DNA from: Deltaproteobacteria bacterium
GTDB taxonomy: Bacteria; Myxococcota_A; Polyangia; HGW-17
DNA: 48,957 bases
Assembly: GCA_027858615.1 (NCBI GenBank)
Contig: JAQICJ010000214.1
Span: 1 to 48,957, forward strand
Reading direction: 5' to 3'
Of the stretch, positions 1 to 10,374 are shown piece by piece (position 1 is the stretch's first letter; each line of letters opens with the position of its first letter). Position numbers and translations under genes: made by a program. A model generated the notes under the pieces. The model did not search any database and was not told the origin of the DNA. It worked only from the letters and a program-made list of their open reading frames with translations.

Positions 1-134
1 ATATATTCTTTTTCAAGATCCAATACTGTAGAAGTAAATAAACCATCAAATGGATTCATTAATCCTACATCTTTACATAATTCCCATAAAATGATACCGA
101 AAATCAAGGATAAAATTCGAAGAATCCAAACCAT
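1..134 (-). CDS. Possible gene N-terminus running off the window (hydrophobic start)
   Basis: ATG at 134 opens a stop-free frame to base 1: MVWILRILSLIFGIILWELCKDVGLMNPFDGLFTSTVLDLEKEY; divergent from glgP. Confidence 0.35.
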   Translation of the reverse strand, partial: MVWILRILSLIFGIILWELCKDVGLMNPFDGLFTSTVLDLEKEY

Positions 135-291
135 GATTTTTCAGATTTATTTCTTCTTTCACAATTATTTGGATAAAAACCAACCGACAAAATTAACTGG
201 TTTTCATCTCAGAATAAAAACTCAGATATAAATTGGCTTTTCCTCGGGAACATTATCATGTTCTTGAGACAGCTATCCTATGGAGTGCAAA

Positions 292-2850
292 ATGAAAACT
301 ATCTACAAATTCAATGTGACCCCTTCCCTTCCCCCTAAATTAAAAAGATTGAGAGAAATAGCCTCCAATCTTTGGTGGTGCTGGAATTATGATGCCATCG
401 AACTGTTTTTGCGCATGGATAGCAATCTCTGGGAGAAAGTCGGTCACAACCCCGTTGAACTGCTGGGCAAAGTCAGTCAGCAAAGATTGCAATTGCTCTC
501 TGAAGATGATGCCTACCTTCACAGTTTGAACAAAGTTTTGACAAAATTTGACAAAGCAATGGAATCAGGTCGGAAATTCCCTCTGGAAAAAACAGATGAG
601 GGACTTTCCATTGCTTATTTTTCCTTGGAATATGGACTACATGAATGTCTCCCCATATATTCAGGAGGTCTGGGGGTTCTCTCCGGAGAACACCTGAAAT
701 CCAGTTCCGATCTCGGAATTCCTCTGGTGGGTATGGGGCTTTTATACAGAGAGGGATATTTTAACCAATATCTCAATCCCGATGGTTGGCAACAGGAAAC
801 TTATCCGGAAAACGATTTCCATAATATGTGCATCAATCCGGTTTTTGATGAAAATGGCAAGCACATCGAAATAGAAGTGGAAATGCCGACAGAAATCATC
901 CATGCCCGCATCTGGCTGATTAAAGTTGGCAAAACAAAGCTCTTTCTTCTTGATACCAATATCGAAAAAAATTCAATAGACAACAGAGAAATTACAGCTC
1001 AACTTTATGGTGGAGACCTTGAGATGAGACTCAAACAGGAATATGTTCTTGGTATGGGAGGTATTAACGCCCTTGCCAAACTTGGTATTATTCCGACTGT
1101 CTATCATATGAACGAAGGACATAGTGCGTTTCTTGGCCTCAAAAGAATTAAAATCCTCATGCAAGAACACGGTCTCAACTTCCAGGAAGCCAAAGAAGCC
1201 TGTTCCTGCTGCAATGTCTTTACCACCCATACTCCGGTTCCTGCGGGTATCGACAAATTTTCCCCGGCTCTCATGGATAAATATTTCTGGAAATATTGTG
1301 AAGAAACAGATTTAAGCAGAGAAGAATTTCTGCAACTAGGAAGAGAAAATCCCCAAGACAACACCGAGCCTTTTTCCTTGGCGGTTTTAGCCATTAGACT
1401 TTCTGACCACTACAACGGGGTAAGCAAACTTCATGGCGAAGTTTCCAGGAATATGTGGCAAAATATCTGGAAAAACATACCTCAGGAAGAAGTACCCATC
1501 CAGCATGTAACCAATGGCATCCACAATAAATCATGGGTATCCCATGAACTGGCCAGTCTTTTCGACCGTTATCTAGGTCCTAAATGGCAAAATTATCCGG
1601 AAAACGAAGAAATCTGGAGTCAAATTGAACAAATACCCGATGCTGAACTTTGGAGAACTCATGAAAGAAGGAGAGAACGACTAGTTTCTTTTATTCGCAA
1701 ACGAAGAAAAAACAATCTTCTTGAGAGGGGAGCAAGCAAAAATGAAATTCAGAGGGCTGAAGAACTTCTTCACCCCGATATTTTGACTATCGGCTTTGCA
1801 AGACGCTTCGCCACTTACAAAAGAGCAACCCTTCTTTTCAGAAATATCGACCGTCTGATCAGTCTCATGACTGATCAAAAGCGCCCTTTCCAATTGATCT
1901 TTGCAGGGAAAGCCCATCCCCAGGATAATCAGGGCAAGGGCCTCATCAGAGAAATTATCCATCACATTAAAAACGAAAACTTCCTGCGTCGGGTTGTTTT
2001 CATAGAAAATTATGATCTCAATGTCGCCAGATACATGCTCCAGGGTGTAGATGTCTGGCTCAATAATCCCAGGAGACCCCTTGAAGCAAGTGGAACCTCA
2101 GGCATGAAAGCCTCAGCTAATGGAGGACTCAATTTATCCATTCTGGATGGCTGGTGGGTGGAAGGTTACACCCCGGATGTCGGTTGGGCCATTGGTCATG
2201 GTGAAAAATACACCGATCTTGAATACCAGGACGAAGTAGAATCAAGAGAGTTGTACAATGTTCTGGAAAAAGAAATTATTCCTGCTTTCTATGAAAGGGG
2301 CAATGATGGTATTCCCCGTAAATGGACCTATATGATGAAAGAAACCTTCAAGAATATTGCTCCATTTTTTAATACTAATCGTATGGTCAATGACTATGCT
2401 CAAAAATTCTATCTGCCTTCACACCGACGCTGGAAAAGTTTCAAAGAAAACAACTTTAAAACTGCCCGTGAGCTCACTACCTGGAAAAACAAAGTGGAAG
2501 AAGCATGGAAAAACGTGAATGTTTTTGATGTCAAAAACGAAATGGGCGGACACGAGCTCATTGTAGGCAACAAATTGGAAGTAGAAGTTAAAATTTCACT
2601 GGGCTCTTTAAATCCTGAAGATGTCAAAATTCAACTTCTTTATGGAAATATCAATCAGGAGGAAGAATTGCTGTCTCCTGCCATCAAAGAACTTGCCAAA
2701 GTATCTTCCCAAGACGATAACAACAATTACATCTACAAAACTAAAATTACTTGCGAGAATAGTGGCTCCCACGGCTATGCCATAAGAATCATTCCCTCTC
2801 ATCCCCAGCTCTCCCATCTTCACGAAACCGGACTTATCCGCTGGGGTTAA
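292..2850 (+). CDS. glgP: Alpha-glucan (glycogen/maltodextrin) phosphorylase
   Basis: YSGGLGVL, NEGH, FARRFATYKR and the PLP-lysine motif EASGTSGMKA; GGAG precedes ATG at 292 (ORF track starts at 280). Confidence 0.96.
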   Translation: MKTIYKFNVTPSLPPKLKRLREIASNLWWCWNYDAIELFLRMDSNLWEKVGHNPVELLGKVSQQRLQLLSEDDAYLHSLNKVLTKFDKAMESGRKFPLEKTDEGLSIAYFSLEYGLHECLPIYSGGLGVLSGEHLKSSSDLGIPLVGMGLLYREGYFNQYLNPDGWQQETYPENDFHNMCINPVFDENGKHIEIEVEMPTEIIHARIWLIKVGKTKLFLLDTNIEKNSIDNREITAQLYGGDLEMRLKQEYVLGMGGINALAKLGIIPTVYHMNEGHSAFLGLKRIKILMQEHGLNFQEAKEACSCCNVFTTHTPVPAGIDKFSPALMDKYFWKYCEETDLSREEFLQLGRENPQDNTEPFSLAVLAIRLSDHYNGVSKLHGEVSRNMWQNIWKNIPQEEVPIQHVTNGIHNKSWVSHELASLFDRYLGPKWQNYPENEEIWSQIEQIPDAELWRTHERRRERLVSFIRKRRKNNLLERGASKNEIQRAEELLHPDILTIGFARRFATYKRATLLFRNIDRLISLMTDQKRPFQLIFAGKAHPQDNQGKGLIREIIHHIKNENFLRRVVFIENYDLNVARYMLQGVDVWLNNPRRPLEASGTSGMKASANGGLNLSILDGWWVEGYTPDVGWAIGHGEKYTDLEYQDEVESRELYNVLEKEIIPAFYERGNDGIPRKWTYMMKETFKNIAPFFNTNRMVNDYAQKFYLPSHRRWKSFKENNFKTARELTTWKNKVEEAWKNVNVFDVKNEMGGHELIVGNKLEVEVKISLGSLNPEDVKIQLLYGNINQEEELLSPAIKELAKVSSQDDNNNYIYKTKITCENSGSHGYAIRIIPSHPQLSHLHETGLIRWG

Positions 2851-2905
2851 ACCCTTCCTGCCTGCAAAAAAGTAAAACGGGGATCATTTCTATTTAGAGG
2901 GATTA

Positions 2906-3457
2906 TTAGTTCCCGAAAGGCTCAAGTAAACCATTGAGATCTTTAAACATGTATTTGGCTTCAACACCAGTGGCATACTCACCAATTTCTTCATGTTCAA
3001 ACTCAAAACCGAACTTTCGGAACAGAGCCACAGCGTTCTGGTTATCAGGAGCGACTGTGAGTTTGATGCAGTTTACCTTGTCACCGGCGAGGCATAAATT
3101 TTCAATAAGTTCCAGGCACCATTTCAGCAATTGATTTCCCAAACCACGGTTGCGATAAATCTCATCAATAGCAATTGCCAAAATATCAGCATAAAGACCT
3201 TTTGGAATTTTGTCTGAATCTTCATAAAAGAAACCAAGAACCAAAAATCCGATAATATCCTGATCATCCCTCTTGTTGACTATTATGGATGTGATAACAT
3301 TTTCTTTCCAGACCAGCTCAGAAATAAAATCTCTGTAGTGTCCGAAACGGATAAAAGCTTCTTCGGCCAATTCTCCGATTATTTTTATTTGAGGTTCATT
3401 ACGGATTAAAAGTGTTTTTATTTTGTAATCCGGTGGAAGTGTATATCTTTTAACCAT
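2906..3457 (-). CDS. GNAT N-acetyltransferase (RimI-like)
   Basis: Motif A IAIDEIYRNRGLG and motif B N..AVALFRKFGF; ATG at 3457 is 1 nt after the upstream stop. Confidence 0.88.
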   Translation of the reverse strand: MVKRYTLPPDYKIKTLLIRNEPQIKIIGELAEEAFIRFGHYRDFISELVWKENVITSIIVNKRDDQDIIGFLVLGFFYEDSDKIPKGLYADILAIAIDEIYRNRGLGNQLLKWCLELIENLCLAGDKVNCIKLTVAPDNQNAVALFRKFGFEFEHEEIGEYATGVEAKYMFKDLNGLLEPFGN

Positions 3458-3458
3458 T

Positions 3459-4070
3459 TCAGGGCACAATTCCTTTACCTTGCCTGATTAATCGCCAAGC
3501 ATCTTCTTCATATTGCAAAACCGTAGACTGTTCGTTATACATGGTACCCTGATTCAATAAATAATCCACCGCGTGTCCATATTTTTCATAAATTTCCTCG
3601 GGATCAAGCATCGGATTTCCCTCATCGTCCACTACACTGGTTGTAACCAGGGGTCTGCCCAATTTGGCAACAAGATGATTTACAACTCTGGCATCGGGTA
3701 TTCTAATTCCCACTGTTGTTCGGCTACCCATGTATTTTTTGGGGACATCTCTGTTGGCTTCGAGAATAAGAGTAAAGGGTCCGGGAATCAGTCGCTTTAT
3801 TGTTGAAAATGCTCGATTGTCAAAATTCACATAATTTGAAGCCTGACTCAAATCTCCACAGATCAGGCTCATGAGATGATCCTTATCCAGTTCTTTTATA
3901 CGATAAAGGCGATCAATTGCTTTGACTTGTTGGATATCACATCCCATGGCGTAGACTGTATCTGTGGGATAAATTACAACCCCTCCGTCCTTCAGGCATT
4001 CATTGACTCTTTTTATTTTTTTAAAATTTGGGTGTTCTTTATCGAGATGAAAAACAGTTGCTTTACTCAT
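3459..4070 (-). CDS. Sua5/YciO/YrdC (TsaC-like) family protein
   Basis: YPTDTVYAMGC, PGPFTLIL, TVGIRIPD, LVTTS motifs. Confidence 0.92.
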   Translation of the reverse strand: MSKATVFHLDKEHPNFKKIKRVNECLKDGGVVIYPTDTVYAMGCDIQQVKAIDRLYRIKELDKDHLMSLICGDLSQASNYVNFDNRAFSTIKRLIPGPFTLILEANRDVPKKYMGSRTTVGIRIPDARVVNHLVAKLGRPLVTTSVVDDEGNPMLDPEEIYEKYGHAVDYLLNQGTMYNEQSTVLQYEEDAWRLIRQGKGIVP

Positions 4071-4204
4071 ATGTTAATTTTTCTCCTGTGGTTTTACCTT
4101 CTCTGATTTAAAGTACATATTGAAACCGTCTGGTTTTGGGAAATTATAAATCGGGCTGTCGGGGCTGACTGCTTGCAAGATTTGATGCCATGATCTGCAG
4201 GTAG

Positions 4205-4225
4205 TTTATGCAGAATCTGCATAAA
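4205..4225. repeat. Perfect 10-bp inverted repeat TTTATGCAGA-A-TCTGCATAAA
   Basis: Read directly; abuts MITE copy 1; no clear U-tract. Confidence 0.75.
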
Positions 4226-4391
4226 TAGTTCCCGTCCCAAAAAGGAAGGTCATCGCTTGAATGCGGAATTTTATTTCATCTGCTTTGTCGTAACTTCTTG
4301 AAATAGTAGTCGCTATATCTTCGAAGTTACTTCGTGCATCTGAGGCAAACTTCTCATTCAGTCAAAAACCCCCATTCTGGGATGGGAACTA
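4226..4391 (-). mobile_element. MITE-like palindromic element, intact copy 1
   Basis: Ends TAGTTCCCGTCCCA...TGGGATGGGAACTA; reverse complement aligns by hand to 28395-28559 with about 17 mismatches and 1 gap. Confidence 0.9.
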
Positions 4392-4412
4392 AATCGGACT
4401 GAGTTTTAAAGA

Positions 4413-7400
4413 TTAGTCATCAAACTTGAGTTCTGGAGTATATTCTTCGAGATCATAGACTTCAAGTTGATCACCTTCTTTAATGTCGTTATAATTGGCA
4501 AAGCCTATACCGCATTCGTAACCTTGCTGTACTTGTTTGACATCATCTTTTATTCTTCTCAGTGATGATATTTTACCTTCATGAATTTGAACATCATCGC
4601 GATATAATCTGAGATGGCTGTTTCGAGCAACTTTACCCTCAAGCACATAACAACCGGCAATAGTACCAACTTTGGGAATATGGAAAGTTTGTCTGACTTC
4701 GGCTTTGCCCTGTTGTTTTTCTTTCTTTTCTTTTGGCAACATACCTTTCATCAAATCCCTGACGTCTTCGATCATATCGTAAATAACATTGTACTGTTTA
4801 ATTTCAACTCCCTCATTTTCAGCCATATGACGGGCATTGGAAGCCGGCCTTACTCTGAAACCAAGAATTACTGAACCGGAAGTTATGGCCAGATTGACAT
4901 CTGTCTGTGTGATACCCCCAACTCCTGCATGAACAACGTTAACTTTGACCCTTTGACTGGACTGATTGACCATGGTGTCTTTGATAGCTTCCATAGTTCC
5001 CTGAACATCTGTTTTCAGGATTATGTTCAATTGTTCCTGCTCACCTTTGGCTATGGCAAGACGGATTGCTTCCATGCCTTTGGCTTGGGATTTTCTGGCC
5101 AGTTCTTTTTCTTTGGCCTGTTCATTTCTTTTTTCAAGAATCTGCTTGGCTTTTTTCTCATCGGTGAGGGCTCGGAAATCGTCTCCTGGACTGGGAACTC
5201 CGTTTAATCCGGTTACTTCTACAGGAGAAGAAGGACCAGCTTCTTCAATTTGTTTGCCTCGGTCATCTCGCATGGATCTGACATTTCCTCCGCAGATACC
5301 TGAGATCACATAATCACCAATTTTCAACCGACCATTTTGGATAAGAACAGTTACGGTGGCACCAGTTGCTTTATCCAATTCGCCTTCAAGAACAATTCCC
5401 TTGGCCGGACCATCAGGATCGGCCTTGAGATCGAGAAGTTCGGATTCAAGGTTGATCATTTCCAGAAGATCATCAATACCTCCCTTGGTGACTGCACTGG
5501 TTTCGACTATGACGGTTTCACCACCCCAGTCTTCCGATACCAGATTCTGGGCAGTAAGTTTTTCTTTGACCATCTGAGTGTTGGCATTTTCTTTGTCTAC
5601 CTTGGTTATAGCTACAATAATGGGAACATCGGCTTCTCGACAATGGTTGATGGCTTCGATCGTCTGAGGCATGACTCCATCATCAGCAGCCACTACCAGA
5701 ACAACAATATCTGTAACAATCGCTCCGCGAGCGCGCATTGAGGAAAATGCTTCGTGACCGGGTGTATCAATAAAAACAATTTCTCCGGTTTCTGTTTTTA
5801 CCCTGTAGGCTCCGATGTGTTGAGTAATTCCGCCGGATTCACTGGATGCAATGTCACTTTTACGGAATATATCAAGCAATGAAGTCTTACCATGATCAAC
5901 ATGACCCATTATAGTTACAACAGGTAATCTTTTTTCCAGTTTTTCTTCATCTATTTCTTCCTCTTCCTGGAAGAATTTTTCTTCTTCAAAGGTGATATTT
6001 TCAATTTCAAAACCCCATTCCGAAGCAACAATTTCGGCTGTGTCAACATCAAGGGTTGAATTGATATTGACCATCTGTCCGAGGCCAAGGAGTTTTTTGA
6101 TTACCATACCAACTTTGAGTTTCATTTTTTTGGCTAATTCTGAAACCGAAATAAACTCGTCAACTTTGATTTTTCGTTGTCCAACCGGCGGCAAAGTGGG
6201 TTTGTTTTTGTTTTTCTTTTTATTTCTTTTCGCCTTGCGCAGCAATTCTTCTTCTTTTTTCTGTTCTTTGTAGGATTGGAATTGCTGTTTGTGTGCATTA
6301 CCCTTGCGAAAATCTTTTTTTCTCGCCTTGGATTTGGAACTTTTACTGCCTTTTCTTGCACTTTTGGATTTGGATTGATTGCCCGGCAGAACAATGAATC
6401 TTCCTGTCGGTCCCAAATCCTTTTTGGCCTTGTTGCTTTTTCGAAGGGGATTTTTGATTTTGGCCTTGTTGCGAGGAGAGGCTGAAGCTTCCGGTTTGGA
6501 TAAAAGAGGTGCACGATTAAGCCTCTGTCCCAAAGCAAAATATTTTTCGTCACTTTCTTTTTTATTTTTTTCTTTAATATTTTTGGACTCGGCTGATTCT
6601 TCCTGATTTTTTGCTGCCACTTTGTTCTTGTCCGCTGCAGCCTTTACATTTCTTTTTTCTGTTCTTTCTTCAGTTTTATTTTTGGTTGTTTCAACTTTGG
6701 CAGTTTTGGCGGAAGTTTTCTTGGCAGTTTTTTGTGCTTTGCCTTTCTGTTCAGCCTTTTGCTCAGTTGTATCTTTTTTGCTTGTTTCAGTTGTTTCAGG
6801 TTTCTTTTCTTCGAGCTCTTCAGCAGCTTTAACAGGTTCAGTGGGCTTATCTGTTTCTGCAACAGCTTTCTTTGGAGTTGCAGTTGCCTTTTTGGTGGCT
6901 GCCTTTTTCTTTTTGACTGTTTTGGTTGAATCCGCTTTTTTCTTTTTAGAGGCAGATTTGGTTGCTGCTTTAGTTTCTTTAGCTTTGGCAACTGTCTTTT
7001 TGACCTTGGATTTGGCTGTTTTGCCTTCGGTTTTGACAGTTGAACCTGAAGCAGTAGTTGCCTTGGCAGTTTCTTTGGTTTCAGGACTGCTTTTTTCAGG
7101 TGTGGCCTCGGGTTTGGCCTTTTTGCGAACAGCAGCTTTTTTAACCGGCTTGGCTTTTTCAGTACTTTTCGTTTTGGGCTTGGCTGCTTTTCTCACCCTG
7201 GCTTCAGGTCCCTTTCTTCTGATAACGGCTGCTCCTCCACTTTTGCGCGTTTCACGCAATTGTTTCCGACGCAGTCGTTTTTGTTCTTCAGAAAAACGTG
7301 CTTCATCAGCTTTGCTTACGGAACTATATTTGTTGTTTACTGAAATACCTAATTGCTCCAGCTTTTCAATAGTTTCGTCTATACTTAACTTATATTTACG

Positions 7401-7433
7401 AGCTAATTGCTGAACTCGAATAGTACTGCTCAT
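4413..7433 (-). CDS. infB: Translation initiation factor IF-2 with a long K/A/T-rich N-terminal region
   Basis: GHVDHGKT, GITQHIGA, DTPGHEAF, TKVD, GYECGI; start at 7433 (GGAG upstream) or 7445. Confidence 0.98.
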   Translation of the reverse strand: MSSTIRVQQLARKYKLSIDETIEKLEQLGISVNNKYSSVSKADEARFSEEQKRLRRKQLRETRKSGGAAVIRRKGPEARVRKAAKPKTKSTEKAKPVKKAAVRKKAKPEATPEKSSPETKETAKATTASGSTVKTEGKTAKSKVKKTVAKAKETKAATKSASKKKKADSTKTVKKKKAATKKATATPKKAVAETDKPTEPVKAAEELEEKKPETTETSKKDTTEQKAEQKGKAQKTAKKTSAKTAKVETTKNKTEERTEKRNVKAAADKNKVAAKNQEESAESKNIKEKNKKESDEKYFALGQRLNRAPLLSKPEASASPRNKAKIKNPLRKSNKAKKDLGPTGRFIVLPGNQSKSKSARKGSKSSKSKARKKDFRKGNAHKQQFQSYKEQKKEEELLRKAKRNKKKNKNKPTLPPVGQRKIKVDEFISVSELAKKMKLKVGMVIKKLLGLGQMVNINSTLDVDTAEIVASEWGFEIENITFEEEKFFQEEEEIDEEKLEKRLPVVTIMGHVDHGKTSLLDIFRKSDIASSESGGITQHIGAYRVKTETGEIVFIDTPGHEAFSSMRARGAIVTDIVVLVVAADDGVMPQTIEAINHCREADVPIIVAITKVDKENANTQMVKEKLTAQNLVSEDWGGETVIVETSAVTKGGIDDLLEMINLESELLDLKADPDGPAKGIVLEGELDKATGATVTVLIQNGRLKIGDYVISGICGGNVRSMRDDRGKQIEEAGPSSPVEVTGLNGVPSPGDDFRALTDEKKAKQILEKRNEQAKEKELARKSQAKGMEAIRLAIAKGEQEQLNIILKTDVQGTMEAIKDTMVNQSSQRVKVNVVHAGVGGITQTDVNLAITSGSVILGFRVRPASNARHMAENEGVEIKQYNVIYDMIEDVRDLMKGMLPKEKKEKQQGKAEVRQTFHIPKVGTIAGCYVLEGKVARNSHLRLYRDDVQIHEGKISSLRRIKDDVKQVQQGYECGIGFANYNDIKEGDQLEVYDLEEYTPELKFDD

Positions 7434-7615
7434 ATTTATCTCCATAGTGATGAGCTGAAATTAAAAAAATGTTTAATTCCAAATTGCTTCCGAATTGCTG
7501 CGGAAAATACCAGGATTGTCAATCTGACCCCCGGGGGTTATAGAACATAACCGTTGAGGAACATGATTACAATCAGGAAAAGAGATTAATCTCTGTTGGT
7601 TAAAAAAACTGAAGG

Positions 7616-9202
7616 CTAGAAACCATCATCATCATCAAGAGCGCTGAAATCATCGTCTATATCAACCTCTTCGTCCTCATGACCTAGAATCTTGCCGGCA
7701 TAATAGTGAATGGTCTTGCAATGCTCAAGATCCATTCCGGTAGCCTCGGACAAAAGATCGGGATCGGTTTCATAAAGAGATTCAACTGTATTAAACCCGG
7801 CTTCTTTGAGCAAAACAAGAATATCTTCGTCAATTCCTTGTACTTCTTGAAGTTTTTCATCTTCACTCATCATATCTCCGGCCACATCCTGCTGCTCAAG
7901 CAGATATCTGGCTCCAGTGGATATTTTGGTGGCCATTTCTGTACCTCCAAGTCCGGGAATTCTGGCCAATTCTTCAGGATTGGCATTGGCTATTTCTTCG
8001 AGTGAACGCCAACCGAGTTTAAACATGGTTTCAGCCAGATCATCACTTACACCTTCAATGGAAGCAATGGAATTTTTGACCTGATATTCCATTTCAAGAA
8101 CTTTGCTTTCAGAATAGATGTCAATTTTCCATCCTGTCAGTTGGGAGGCAAGCCTTACGTTCTGTCCTCTCTTGCCTATGGCCAGAGAAAGTTGATCGTC
8201 GGGAATAATTAATTCCATAGTGTGGGTGGTAGCATCTACAATAACCTTGGAAACTTCCGAAGGAGCAATGGCGTTACAGACAAATTTTGCAGGATCGGGA
8301 CTATAAGGAATGATGTCGAGCTTTTCACCTTTAAGTTGAGTCTTTATACTCTGAACCCGCTGTCCCTTCAATCCTACACAGGCTCCTACGGGATCAACAT
8401 CTCGATCACTGGAAGATACTGCTATTTTTGTGCGAGATCCCGGTTCTCTGGCTGTTGCTTCGATACTTACTATATTCTGAAGTATCTCCGGAACTTCCAG
8501 TTCGAACAATCTTTTGACCAAACCTTCTTCTCTTCTGGAAAAGATGATCTGAGGACCTCTTGTATTATGAACAACATCTTTGACAAAAGCGGTTATCCTG
8601 TCACCGGGGCGATAAGACTCGCTGGCAACCTGTTCCTTGTGAGGCAAAATTGCTTCTGTCCTGCCAATGTCGATACGGATATTACCCTTTTCAAAACGCC
8701 GGACATAACCATTGATAATATCACCAATTCTGGTTTTGAATTCACGATAGATAGTTTCTCTTTCAGCCTGCTTTACTCTTTTGACGATTACCTGTTTGGC
8801 AGCCTGAGCTGCGATACGTCCAAAAGTTTTTCGATATTTTTCAAGATCGAGAATATCTCCATACATTTCTTCCTGCTCAACAGCTTTTTCTTCATCATCG
8901 GGATGATAGTATATCTGGAAGAGAATCTCGTCGCCAATTTCAACTTCCAGGCCATGGTTCCTAGCTTCCTCTATATTGCAAGAACTGCCAGGAATACTTG
9001 TTCCACCAGTAACTGTCAATATCAAAAAAAGTTCTACAGCTCCGGTTTCCTTGTTGTATCTTGCTTCAAGAGTTCTGTCGTTACCATAGACACGCTTTGC
9101 GGCTGAGAGGATTGCCTGTTCAAGAGTATCGACAAGAATATCCTTATCAATATTCTTTTCACGACTTATCTGATCAATTACCTTATCTAGATTGAAATGC
9201 AT
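7616..9202 (-). CDS. nusA: Transcription factor NusA with C-terminal HhH-like acidic repeats
   Basis: FGRIAAQAAKQ, AREPGSRTKIAV, DPVGACVG, LSLAIGKRGQNVRLA. Confidence 0.98.
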   Translation of the reverse strand: MHFNLDKVIDQISREKNIDKDILVDTLEQAILSAAKRVYGNDRTLEARYNKETGAVELFLILTVTGGTSIPGSSCNIEEARNHGLEVEIGDEILFQIYYHPDDEEKAVEQEEMYGDILDLEKYRKTFGRIAAQAAKQVIVKRVKQAERETIYREFKTRIGDIINGYVRRFEKGNIRIDIGRTEAILPHKEQVASESYRPGDRITAFVKDVVHNTRGPQIIFSRREEGLVKRLFELEVPEILQNIVSIEATAREPGSRTKIAVSSSDRDVDPVGACVGLKGQRVQSIKTQLKGEKLDIIPYSPDPAKFVCNAIAPSEVSKVIVDATTHTMELIIPDDQLSLAIGKRGQNVRLASQLTGWKIDIYSESKVLEMEYQVKNSIASIEGVSDDLAETMFKLGWRSLEEIANANPEELARIPGLGGTEMATKISTGARYLLEQQDVAGDMMSEDEKLQEVQGIDEDILVLLKEAGFNTVESLYETDPDLLSEATGMDLEHCKTIHYYAGKILGHEDEEVDIDDDFSALDDDDGF

Positions 9203-9252
9203 TTAAACCCTCCCTTAGGTTCGGGATAAAAAATCCGGCATTTCTGCTTAAT

Positions 9253-9711
9253 TTATTTTTTGTTAAAATCATAAGCGAGATTTGCTTTACTTATATCGTC
9301 AAGAGAAATCCAAAATTCTTCTCTTCTGATTTTCATCAGTATTTCTCCATCATCTTTAACTTTTTCAATGGTTCCAGTAAATTTCTTTTTACCGTTCTCA
9401 TGTTTTTTCTTCAACTTGATATTTACTTTCTCTCCTTGGTAGCGCTTGAAATGAGATAGAGTAATCAAGGGACGATCCAGACCAGGAGAAGAAACTTCCA
9501 ATCTGTAAGCATGTTTAATAAAATCTTCAACTTCAAGTCTGGGACCCAGAAGTTTGCTGACCTTTGCACATCCTGAAATATTAACACCCTGATCATGTTC
9601 AATCAGAACTTTCAATATTTTCTGTCCTCTGGAACTACTCCAGCTTAGTTGCCAAAGCTCATAGCCGGCACTTTCAACTACTTCTTTGACAATGTTTTCA
9701 AGTACTTTCAT
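9253..9711 (-). CDS. rimP: Ribosome maturation factor RimP
   Basis: YRLEVSSPGLDRPL; directly upstream of nusA. Confidence 0.97.
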   Translation of the reverse strand: MKVLENIVKEVVESAGYELWQLSWSSSRGQKILKVLIEHDQGVNISGCAKVSKLLGPRLEVEDFIKHAYRLEVSSPGLDRPLITLSHFKRYQGEKVNIKLKKKHENGKKKFTGTIEKVKDDGEILMKIRREEFWISLDDISKANLAYDFNKK

Positions 9712-10374
9712 AAAAAATAATGTCCAAAATATTGATCAGTCTGGGAAAAATACTACTTTGGTTAATTTACAGAATATATTTAATAGCTTAAGTTTCAATA
9801 ACTTGAAGTCTAGATAGAAACTAAATATCAAACTTATTCCAGTTAATAGAATCTCCCCCTCTCCGGTAAACTTTTAAAATTCCTGTCCAGATTTAATGGA
9901 TTGGAAAATAGAACCCGCAGAACCGGGAAGAAAGGCCAGAACAGAAACTCCACAATTTAAAACTCAATAAGCAGTTGGAAAATTATGGCAAAAAATACCA
10001 CAGCTTTCAACTTGAGAAGAATCTGTACCTGAATGAATCGCAAAATTGCCTGAAGTGGAAGCAATCTTACAAATCAATATCCTATTGTGTCTATATAGAG
10101 ACTTCTGTCAAGAACATAGACAAAGTCTGAAAAAGTTTAAGCCACAAAAGGCTGTAATTGAATTAATTTCAATGGAAAATTGATTTTAATTCCGAAAGAT
10201 TCCAGACACGATGAGCGGAATAGCAAAGTTTTTATTTTATTTCAAGTTCTATTTAATTTGGAGGGGCTTTTTTTTTAATTTGGAGGGTATTGATCTGAAC
10301 TTGGGAAAATTACAATCTTTTTCATTGCCTTCTTCTGAAAAATCAGGCTGAAATTCAAGGTGAGAGGAAGTTGA

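Noticed and set aside
6622-7413. 263-aa hydrophobic ORF antisense to infB
   Set aside because: Mirror image of the K/A/T-rich IF-2 codons; no independent signal
8222-9106. 294-aa ORF antisense to nusA, and other short overlapping ORFs in the track
   Set aside because: Shadow frames of well-supported genes with no recognisable motifs
10025-10070. Further MITE remnant (CTGAATGA...TTGCCT)
   Set aside because: Similarity too short and gapped to separate from chance
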